From the NCBI RefSeq assembly GCF_006345805.1, contig NW_021835199.1, positions 1 through 42,645 on the forward strand: a DNA stretch of 42,645 nt. Reading direction: 5' to 3'. Under the pieces are notes generated by a model. That model was not told where the DNA came from. It made no database searches and saw only the letters and a list, made by a program, of their open reading frames with translations. A program made the translations under genes and the position numbers. The DNA is from Octopus sinensis. Its lineage: Eukaryota. Shown piece after piece: positions 12,614 to 22,329 of the stretch (its first letter is position 1; each line of letters begins with the position of its first letter).

Positions 12614-12685
12614 GGTATTTCTGGATTCGAACTCAGGGTCCCTAAATCTACAGTCGAATGCTCTACCACTGAGCTATAAGATACC
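12614..12685 (-). pseudogene. tRNA-Cys-like pseudogene or SINE head with a GTA anticodon
   Basis: Minus strand: GGTATCTTATAGCTCAGTGGTAGAGCATTCGACTGTAGATTTAGGGACCCTGAGTTCGAATCCAGAAATACC. A box, B box and D arm are intact and match tRNA-Cys; acceptor, anticodon and T stems have mismatches. Confidence 0.75.
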
Positions 12686-12726
12686 TGCATGGGTATTGGT
12701 GTGTTGTTCGAGTGAAAGGAACTCAT

Positions 12727-12759
12727 ATAGGTACACAGATAGATAGATAGATAGCTAGC

Positions 12760-12825
<66 letters not shown>
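12727..12825. repeat. (AGAT)n microsatellite, followed by (CATA)/(CATG) repeats to about 13075
   Basis: Direct reading. Confidence 0.95.
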
Positions 12826-13329
12826 CATGCATACATGCATACATACCCACACACATACATGCAAGCATGCATACATACATACATGCATACATACATGCAT
12901 GCATGCATGCATACATACATATATACATACGTACATGCATACATACATATATACATTCTTAAGGACACTGAAATGTATGCCTTCTTGGTATTATAATTCA
13001 TGTTTGTTAACTGTTATACATGTATAGCATACATACATACACATGCACATACATACATACATACATACACACATATATCTGAGCAGTGTCGGTGTTTGTA
13101 TTGTTCTCATCGCCAATGTATCGAGCTGTTTTCGTGTCTATATCTCTTTAAACATGTTACTTGATAAAGAATATCAATCGTAGGCGTCCGACTGTTAAAT
13201 GCACCGGTTTTATTCTTTTGTTTTGTTGGTTTTGTTGTTCTTTCCATCGACGTGTTTACAAACGGACTTCATGAATATTTATTCCATCCCTGATCTGTTT
13301 TATTGCTTATATTTTTTTTTTATCTTTTT

Positions 13330-13530
13330 CTCGTTTAAGCCATGGCGCTGGGTCCCTGCTGAAGCACCGCCCTGAACACTTTAGTCGAAATAATAAACCC
13401 CTGTACTTATTTTTAAGGCTGGTACTTTTCCTGTCGGCTTTCTTTTGGTGAACTGCTAAGTTACAGGAAAGCAAATAAACCAGTACCGGTTGTCAAGCGA
13501 TGGTGGGTGACAAACACAAACACGAATCTA
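13330..13530 (-). mobile_element. SINE family 1, 3' half
   Basis: GCACCGCC...TTTAGTCGAA...CTGCTAAGTTAC...CCGGTTGTCAAGCGATGGTGGG. Confidence 0.8.
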
Positions 13531-14074
13531 TTCCGGCATCTTTCACCGAAGTCAGTTTTGTTTTTCATCATTCCAGAGTCGATGAATACAGCACGAATCT
13601 TCGACGGAATCCTTAGAGCGTTGGGTTCAAGGTATCAGAGTATTTGTTCTGATTCTTTGCGTTCTGAGTTCAAATCCCGCTATACCTACATTCCCGGTTT
13701 AATACCACTACCTGATTCTTGGGTGTTTGCAATGACCAGATGTTGTTCTTGGCAAGCACACAAACACCAGGTTGCAAGCATTCGGTTTAGGTTACCAGTT
13801 TGAGAACAACTTTCTCCCTCCCAATATCTCGGAAGCTTTGTAAAGAACCAAGGACAGACCTTCTGCACTCTCCCTCAGTCTCGGACAGCTCGTCAAGAGC
13901 CAAGGACTCTACCCTTCTAACCTAAAAGATAAATAACTTGACCTGACAAAAGGGCAAATTAAGAAAGTCGGATAACTATCTCCTAAATTGTATTTGAACT
14001 CCCTTCTTTGCTAGAGAGAAGATAGGTAGAGCAATATTCTTTAAACTAGAAGGAAGAATGTCTGAACACCTTAC

Positions 14075-14198
14075 CTGTCTGTATTCCTCTTGGTTTAGCA
14101 CCTAAATAAGCCAAATTTACATTGGCTTTTCTGCCGTCTATAATAGGATTAGGATCCTTGCAAGCTCGTTCCGCTGACTCCTTAGTTGCCATTGTTAC
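14075..14198 (-). CDS. RBM24: RBM24/RBM38-family protein, second coding exon (C-terminal half of RRM)
   Basis: 124 nt, acceptor CCACAG|, translates [41 protein letters not shown](G), donor ACAG|GTAAGG phase 1. In frame with the previous exon; intron positions match those I recall for vertebrate RBM24. Confidence 0.97.
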
Positions 14199-14301
14199 CT
14201 GTGGAATGTGCGAATGGATTATATAATAGAATTTTAAGAAAGACACAAGAAAGGAAGACGGAGACAATGACATACAGACAATGAGAAAGAGATAGAGACA
14301 A

Positions 14302-14313
14302 ATAGCTGGAGAT

Positions 14314-14408
<95 letters not shown>
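14302..14408. repeat. (GATA)n microsatellite about 100 nt upstream of the exon-2 acceptor
   Basis: Direct reading. Confidence 0.95.
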
Positions 14409-14409
<1 letters not shown>

Positions 14410-15596
14410 AGAGAGGGAGAGAAAGAGAGTAAGCATATTTTAATTCTTTTCAGAATCGCCGAGACCCATGGAACTACTGCTTAATTCTAATTTTTGTCGT
14501 GTTAATTAGAAAAATGAGAAACTTATTTCTGCCTAGGTACGATGCCACTCTGTCAAAAGAAACAAAAACTTTGGAACAGATTTCATAAAAATTCTTTCTC
14601 ATTAAAATATGGGACGTTTAATTATGTTCAATGATAACAAAGTGTCTGCCTGACTGAATGGTCAGCTAATGTAATGGTTCGATATTTTACCAACTTCGCC
14701 CTTTCATTCTCAAATTGGTTTTAGTCGCTATGTGAGAATCCCTAAAAACCTATGTGAGGATCCCTAAAACAGGGATTCCAAATATGATGGAGAAAAGGGG
14801 GAAGGGGGAAGGAGGGAGGAAGTTTTCGCAGACAGAGAAAGCCTGATACGAATACTTCTAATAAAGGAACTCCACTAAAGGAACCAAAGCGTCTGGTGTT
14901 GCCAGTTTGGACTTAATCAATGACCCTTTCTGCACTGTTTTGCCATCCAAATTTCACTCCTAACGCTTTGGTTGAAACGAGGCTATGGTAGAAAGCAATT
15001 TTCTCAAAGTGCAACGCAAAGGGCTCGAACTCACACCTACGTAGCTGTTGCAAAATGATCTTCTGAACCTCGCATCCATAGGATGTGCGATGTATCAAGT
15101 TGAAGGATAATCCAACAAAGGCCAGCAGGTCGAAACCTCCAGGTCACTGTCACCACTCTTCTTGCAAAAGTATAACAAGTAATTCTTTTATAATTAATTC
15201 TAATTAAATAATTATTATAATTCTTAAATAAATGTGAGTAATTCTTCAGGTTTAATGTAAAATCGTTTTATTATGAGTCGCCATAAGAAGAAACATGAAT
15301 ACTGAGAAAATGTGGAATAATTCTTTTGGGGAGCAGGGGATCTGGAAGCAGAAAAACCTTCGACTTCAGGACGATTTTAAACTTACACGCTACAACACAA
15401 AACTTTATTATTCCACAAAAGAATTATTAAATGTGTGTGCGTGTGAGTGCGTGTGTGTGTGTTTATGTGTGTATGTATGTACGTATGTATGTATGTATGT
15501 ATGTATGTATGTATGTATGTATGTATGTATACACAGATAGATAGACAGACAGACAAACAGATAGGTAGACAGACAGACGGGTGGACAGACAGATGA

Positions 15597-15680
<84 letters not shown>

Positions 15681-16232
15681 GCTGACAACCATACAGACAG
15701 ACAAATTAAGCAGTTCCCTGCCATGAGGATATATATATGTAATGCGTAGCTTAAATCTCTTCATGGACAAAATATTTGATAAAATGGCGTTCTAAAGAGT
15801 AGAATAAGTCTCTTGGAAACGGGATTCAAGTCCATTAAAGCACAACGACAATGTAGTGCTTAGTAGTCGTAAGAGATAGGAAAGAATAACAGAGAACAAA
15901 CAAATTAACATTTCTGCATATTTAAACAGTTTGACAAATAAATGTGAAGGACAAGAACATCGGATTGGAGTTGAAAAGTTTTTGTCTCAGAGTACAAAAA
16001 AAAAACACATACACACACGCGCGCGCGCGCGCATTAGATACCCGTTTAAAATCTCGGAGAAGCACTGTCTAATGTAAATTACTCGATAACGTAGAGTAGA
16101 GTCAAGACATTTGTTTACGTCGATGATGACATTTACACGAGTGATGCTTCTTTCGACGACCAATGCATGTGTGCATCAGAGAGAGAAATAGAGAGATTGA
16201 GAGACAGAAAGAAACATACAGAGAGAAAAAAA

Positions 16233-16881
16233 TATATATTCTCCACATCGTGCAAATGATATACTGCTCGCGGCGGCGCTGGAGAGATAGATTTTCTAGG
16301 CTTTAAGGCGGTCCCAATAATCGAGATCAGTCATGGCTTCAGTTCGTTTAGTGAGTGCCCTCTGGGGTGATTCAATCCTCGCGATGTTTTGTCTTGTATG
16401 AGGAGACCACAAGGGGCAGCAGTATTCGAGGTGTGGCCGTACAAAGGAGGAGAAAAGTGAAATGATGACACCATGTTCTCTGGACCGGAAGGTTCTTAAG
16501 ATCCAGAAGCTCTCCTACGAGCTATATCGATCTTATTGTTGATGTGGGCACTCCAACTGAAATTGTTATCTACAATTGCACCCAGGTCTCTTACATTGTT
16601 AAATGCCGTGAGCGGTTCCCCTGAAGGAAGAGAGTATGCTGTTTTAGTAAATGCATCAGCTCAAATTTTCCCTCGTTTAGTTGCATTTGTTTTTGTCTGC
16701 CCATTGACTCACAGCATATAGATCAGACTGGAGTTGGGTTTGGTCTGCTTCTTCATTGATGATTTGCTGGAGCTTAGTGTCGTCAGCAAATATTTTCACT
16801 TTGCAGGGATATACGACGCTGGAAAGGTCATTTATGTAAATTATAAAGAGGAGCGGGGCCCAAGACAGTCCCCTGAGGGAC
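16233..16881 (-). mobile_element. CR1/L2-clade LINE reverse transcriptase fragment (decayed, truncated at both ends)
   Basis: VPQGTVLGPLLFIIYINDL...KIFADDTKL...LQSDL..VSQWA...RDLGAIVDNNFSWSAHI...WILRTFRSRE...FVRPHLEYCCPLWSP...LDYWDRLK...SLQRRREQY, with frameshifts and a stop. Confidence 0.92.
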
Positions 16882-16882
16882 C

Positions 16883-17031
16883 GACGGGATTCTTTCGGTT
16901 TCCGTCTACCAAATCCACTCACAAGCCTTTGGTCGGCCCGAGGCTATAGTAGAAGTGCCACGCAGTGGTACTGAACCCGGAAGCATGTGATTGTTAAGTA
17001 AGCTACTTACCACATGACCACTCCTGCGCCT
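16883..17031 (-). mobile_element. SINE family 1, tRNA/CORE-like head fused to the CR1 fragment
   Basis: GGCGCAGGAGTGGTCATGTGGTAAG...CCGGGTTCAGTACCACTGCGTGGCAC...CTATAGCCTCGGGCCGACC...GAAAGAATCCCGTC. Confidence 0.88.
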
Positions 17032-17061
17032 ATATGTATACGCAAGTGTATGTGAGAAGGA

Positions 17062-17169
17062 AAATAAATTATTTTGTCGACCTCGAAAGGATGAAAGGCA
17101 AAGTCGACTTCGGCGGCATTTGAACTCAGAATGTAAAGCCGTGCTAATGATTCTGCCAGCTCGCCGCCT
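17062..17169 (-). mobile_element. SINE family 2 head
   Basis: AGGCGGCGAGCTGGCAGAATC...TTCTGAGTTCAAATGCCGCCGAAGTCGACTTTGCC. Confidence 0.85.
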
Positions 17170-17180
17170 TAATAATAATA

Positions 17181-17642
17181 GCCTCCTCATTGATATGACT
17201 GTCCCAATCGATATAAATGTATCTGTCAAGACCTACCAAAAAATGAGCAAATATAAAGATCTTGAAATAGAAATTAGCAAAATGTGGAACCTGAAGACTA
17301 ATACCTGTTGTCATAGGTGCCCTGGGAATGATGGCAAAAGAGGTTGATTGCTACCTAGCTTAGATACCAGGAAAACCCAAAATGGCAGAAATTCAAAAGA
17401 TAGTACTCATGGGAACTGCCCATATCCTACGCAAAATACTTTCTATGTAATCTCAAGTTTTAAAACAAACATAATTTTTGTATGGTTTCTTAAACATTCT
17501 CTAGAACAACACTATGTACAAAACCAAATATATGGCACCCTAGGCATAACACCAACATGAACTTCCAACTTGTTGTCTCTTGAGGTCTCTCGGTGAGACT
17601 TGGAGCCAACTTGTACAAATGTAAAGCAAAAGTCAAACATAA

Positions 17643-17688
<46 letters not shown>
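17181..17688 (+). mobile_element. 5'-truncated R4/Dong-like non-LTR retrotransposon (RLE domain end, 3'UTR, (TAA)n tail)
   Basis: LLIDMTVPIDINVSVKTYQKMSKYKDLEIEISKMWNLKT//PVVIGALGM...IPGKPKMAEIQKIVLMGTAHILRKILSM*. ORF ends at 17450; one frameshift and one internal stop; TAA repeats on both sides. Confidence 0.85.
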
Positions 17689-18142
17689 GTAAAGAAATTA
17701 AGTGACTAGAAATTATCGGTTGAAAAAATTTCGAAAGTCAGCCAAAGTTATTAAGATTCCAACTTGGAAACAACATTAGAATTATTAGAACCATTAACAA
17801 AAAAATGTAAATAAATTTTGAAAAATGGCAAATATCTTTGAAAATCTCCAGAGACTCATAATTCCCATTAATTGAATGTAGTTTTGATGGTTAATGATGG
17901 ATTAATTTACCCCCTGGAAAGGATGTCTGTCTGACTTAGCTAACCTCCCCCAACGATTTTTGTGTTTTTTCCTACAATAAGGTTAAGGTAAACGTCGACA
18001 ATCATTTATATTGCTTAAAATAAACAACCGTACTTGTTTTTTTAATTCAGGTTTCTTTTCATCTTCATCTATTCTTACAAGCTTATTCATTCCTATAAAC
18101 ACACATATATGTTTCAGCGAAGAATGGTACATATTCATACAC

Positions 18143-18520
18143 ACAAGGTGTGTGGTTGAGGAGTAGTTTGTGTCCCAAGCAGATGGTTTCGAGTTCAGCT
18201 CAATAACCTGGCACCACGGGTATGTATTTTCTGCTATAGTTTCGGGGGAGAACAAAGAAGCCTGTTTATGTGCATATATATATACACGCGCACACATACA
18301 TGGTGCGTGTGTGTGTGTACGTGCGTGAATGTGTGTCCCCACTTGACAAACGGTGTTGGTGTGTTTACGTCCCTGTAACTTCATGGCTCGGTAAAAGACA
18401 TCGATAGGATAAGTAGCCGGCTAAAAGTAAGTCCTGGGGTTGGTTCATTCCACTAAAATCCTTCGAGGTGTTGCCCCAGCATGGCCGCAATCTAACGACT
18501 AAAACAACAAAAGACAAACC
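18143..18520 (+). mobile_element. SINE family 1, near full length, diverged
   Basis: Head, central microsatellite, TGTTTACGTCCC, CCAGCATGGCCGCA tail. Confidence 0.8.
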
Positions 18521-18782
18521 ATTCAATTCTGTTTTTTTGGGGGGGGGGGGGGTTTACTGCAATTTTCCAAGTATCCTGACTCACCTCTCTCCAATCATAC
18601 GCAACGTATGTCATTATACAACAAGGGATCCGCTTTAAAAACCTTCTCCCTACTTCGTGCCGCTCACAGCACCCCAATATAAACCTCTTCGTAATTTTGA
18701 AATCCTACTCATACCAATACGGAACATAACTAACCTATAAATTCTCGGCCTAGTCCTTATTAATCTGTCATTATCCAATAAT

Positions 18783-19179
18783 CCTTTCTATTACAGGCTC
18801 AAAGCCTGAAATTTGTGGGAAGGAGACCAGTCGATTACTTCGTCCCCAGTGTTTCACTGGCACTTAATTTATCGACCCCAAAAGGATGAAAGACAAAGTC
18901 GACCTCGGCGGAATTTGAACTCAGAACGTAACGGCAGACGAAATACTTATTTCTTTACTACCCACAAGGGGCTAAACATAGAGGGGACAAACAAGGACAG
19001 ACAAACGATTAAGTCGATTACATCGACTCCCAGTGCGTAACTGGTACTTATTTAATCGACCCCGAAAGGATGAAAGGCAAAGTCGACCTCGGCAGAATTT
19101 GAACTCAGAACGTAGCGGCATACGAAATACCGCAAAGCACTTCGCCCGGCGTGCTAACGCTTCTGCCAGCTCGCCGCCT
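18783..19179 (-). mobile_element. SINE family 2 nested or dimeric copy with two different 3' tails
   Basis: Body AAAGGATGAAAG...GAACTCAGAACGTA...GAAATAC occurs twice (ending at about 18946 and 19128) with a single head at 19129-19179. Confidence 0.88.
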
Positions 19180-20730
19180 TATCCTTATCCAGTAATATAT
19201 GATTACTCGGTCACTTCCTTTTGGAGCAGATGTGCTTCGTCTGCTGTCGCCAGATGTCACTACAAATGCTTGAGACACATTGCCATTGCATTCACCTACC
19301 TCAAACATTACCGCCAACTAAAACAAAAATTGTAAACGAACCGACATAACCAGTTTAGGACGCGGATGTTTTAACTCTGGATGTACGATTTTATTGCTCC
19401 GTCTGCAGGAGGGCTTGGTCGCACTGACGTCTGTTGTTGAATTGTTTAGCTGTCATTACATGTGAGCATTTGTGGTTGTTTGCTCATAAAAGCATGTTAT
19501 TAAATGATATGAGGTCACACAATTAAATTTCAATTTATGCACTCCAACTAGGTCCAGGTGCAAACATACCAACAAACATGTCAGATGAACAAAGGTGTGA
19601 ATATTCTGGTAAGTGTGAAAGATGATCGTGGGTGTAAACAAAGACTTCTGTGAGGATGTTGCTGTGACAGATCGGAAAGTCATTTCAGTGATGTGGACAC
19701 AAGAAAGGGATTCGAGGACCGAATTTGGGTCAGTGGCTTCAGCATAAGATTTAAGGAAACATGATGTCATGTGAGAGACTTTGGTTCGATTCCAGCAAAC
19801 GCTATTTCGTGACAATCTGTAATATACGTTGTATTTGTCTGCATTTCTTCTGAGGTCGTTAAAAGTAAGGACCAGTGAAGAACTGGGAGTGAGATTGTTC
19901 TCACAGAAGTAGGGGTTCAGACCCCTGGAGGAACTGGGGTTTGAAAAATGGTCAAACAAATTGCCATTTTTAAGAAAATTAAGACGGTTTTTAAGCATTT
20001 TAAACTTGTCCACCACCTTGGCAAGGAAAAAAAGAATCACACGAGTACACACTCTATTCTGTTATATCTCAGATGGGTCATTATGCCAAACCTCACAAAT
20101 CTGGTGCTTATATGGAAGAAAGGGAGAGAAAATATCAAAGAAGAAGTTGTGAATACCAACGAAAGGACTGATCGATAAACCGAGTGATTAATCAAACAAC
20201 CGAAAAGTCATTTGGTTAAAAGGTTAACCAACTGACGAATAATAAAAAAGTGAAATAGAACCAGGGCATGTGTTTGTTATTGGCATGGCGACCCTCCTGA
20301 GATACAACAAAATCTGTTTCAACACACGAGATCACATCAAGATTCTTACAAACCAAATACAAAAACGGAACCCTATTTGTTTCTCATTAACAAAGAGGAA
20401 AAAAAACAAAATAATTTCAGTAATATTTTATGTGGTGGCGGCAGTGGTGGTCGTGGTGGTGGCAGTGGCGGTGGTGGTGGTGGTGGTGGTGGTGGTGGTG
20501 GTGGTGCTGAGGACTGATAGATGTAACTTTGAGAATCATCAATTTAAATTACTCTTCCACCACATGTGGAGTCAGAAAATATCATCATAGACTGGCAGAA
20601 TCGGTAGTGCGACAGACAAAAAACCTTGCCATATTTACTATAGTTATTTATGCAACCGTCAAATCCTTAAATCTGATTTAATTCCTAGTACTTAGAGATT
20701 TTTCCTCCATATTCAAACCATCTCTAGACA

Positions 20731-20738
20731 TGACGTCA
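20731..20738. promoter_or_regulatory. Perfect CRE palindrome TGACGTCA near the 5' end of the RBM24 intron
   Basis: Exact motif, about 280 nt from the first coding exon donor; an 8-mer may occur by chance. Confidence 0.2.
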
Positions 20739-21018
20739 CGGCTGTGAATGACCATCACTATCATGCGAGCAGGGTTAGAGGTTTCGGGTCAACCGTGGAA
20801 AATATCTTACTTGGAATCTGGAGAGGTTTGGCAACAGGAAGGGCACTCGACCGTAGAAAATCTGCCTCGACAAATTCCTTCTTACCCATGCAAGCATGGA
20901 AAAGTGGACGTTAAAAACGATGATGATGATGGTGGTGATGATGATGATGATGACGATGATGATGATACGAAATTAAATGGAATTGGATTAAATTATAAAG
21001 ATGTTTTTTTTTACTTAC

Positions 21019-21195
21019 AAATCCATAGCCGCGACTTTTCCCCGTCTGTCTATCCGTAATGACAACTGCTTCTTCTATCTCTCCAAACTGATCGAAAAAC
21101 TCCCGCAGTGATTTGTCCGACGTGTGATATGGAAGACCTCCGACAAATATTTTGGTAAAGGTAGTGTCCTTCTGTTGTATCGTACCGTTGGCCAT
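21019..21195 (-). CDS. RBM24: RBM24/RBM38-family RNA-binding protein, first coding exon (N-terminal half of RRM)
   Basis: Translates [59 protein letters not shown] (59 codons). Contains RNP2 IFVGGL and the start of RNP1 RGYGF, closely matching the RBM24/38 RRM as I know it. Ends in a phase-0 donor TTT|GTAAGT. Confidence 0.97.
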
Positions 21196-21354
21196 GATCT
21201 GTGAGAAAGAATGACGCAAAAATGGTAGAAATAGTAAGAGGAAGGAGTAGGAGGAGGAGGAACATAAACGCGGATGGAGGAGGAAGAGTTTTACGCAAGA
21301 AGAGTAGGAGTGATAGGAAGACGATGTAGGCGGTGCGTTTGATGTGTGTGTGTG

Positions 21355-21385
<31 letters not shown>

Positions 21386-21569
21386 TGCATGCGATGTGTG
21401 TGTGTGGTGTGATTATTATGTCGTATACATGTGTGTGTTATCGTTGTTTTGGTGTCGTTTAGGTCATAATTGAGCAAGCAAGACCTATGATAGAAAAGCG
21501 CTACAGCCATGACCTTCCTCTCATATTTTCAGTTGCGTGTTTTATTGTTGTGTATGTTATCTTTTATTT

Positions 21570-21772
21570 TTCAGGCATACGATTACTGCCATGCTGTGCC
21601 ACCACATCGAAGAGTTTTAGACAAACAAACCGAGACCCCCAGGAGTTATGCTTTTTTTTTATTTTAGTTTGGTATTGGTTCTCTCGATCTCTTAGGCCTA
21701 GCCGCTAAGTTACAACAACGTAAACAAAGCATCATCGGTTACCAAGTACTGGGAAAGGTAAACGAAGGGACG

Positions 21773-21813
<41 letters not shown>

Positions 21814-21990
21814 ACACACACACGCACACACGCAGGCACGCGTGCGCGCATGCACACAATACACGAGTGCCTTACACACAATTTCCGTCCGACCTGGGGC
21901 TATAGTAGAAGACTCCTGCCCCAAGGAGCTTCGCAATGGGACCGAACCCGCAACGCGCGCTTCTTAACCTCACGGCCATGCCCGAGCCTG
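21570..21990 (-). mobile_element. SINE family 1, diverged full-length copy
   Basis: CTGCCATGCTG...CCGCTAAGTTAC...(CA)n...GGCTATAGTAGAAGAC...GGGACCGAACCC. Confidence 0.75.
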
Positions 21991-22329
21991 TATAGCTGTT
22001 ATCGTTAATGCTGTTTAAAATTAAATGAACACAGATTTAGCAGACATATTATACAAAGCGTTCCATTCGCGACCATCCATTCCTTTTGAGAGTAAGCAGG
22101 GTACATTGTTATTAGCCTTGTGTCACAATGTTCCACGGTGACCCAGCCCAGAATTTCTTTGGGAATAGAAGTGTCTGTGGAATTCTCAGCCACCAACACT
22201 GCAATTCAACGGATAAGTAGTTTTGTTGACCAAAATAGCTGAAATAGTCATCGTTGAAATCGACGAAGGATCTACGGATTTAAGTTTTTCGCCTGATAAG
22301 GGTTTTGCGATAGGTGTGTTATGGGGGGG

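Larger units (their letters stand above)
14199..21018 (-). other. RBM24: RBM24 intron (6820 nt, GT-AG, phase 0) splitting the RNP1 motif RGYGF|VTM
   Basis: Bounded by the two RRM exons with canonical splice dinucleotides. Confidence 0.92.

Noticed and set aside
14729-14770. 22-nt direct duplication CTATGTGAG(A/G)ATCCCTAAAA
   Set aside because: Two-copy slippage duplication with no further structure.
20911-21510. 199-aa ORF taken as a single-exon gene or long N-terminal extension
   Set aside because: The upstream part is (CA)n and purine-repeat translation, and the downstream part is intron after the GTAAGT donor; only 21019-21195 is supported.
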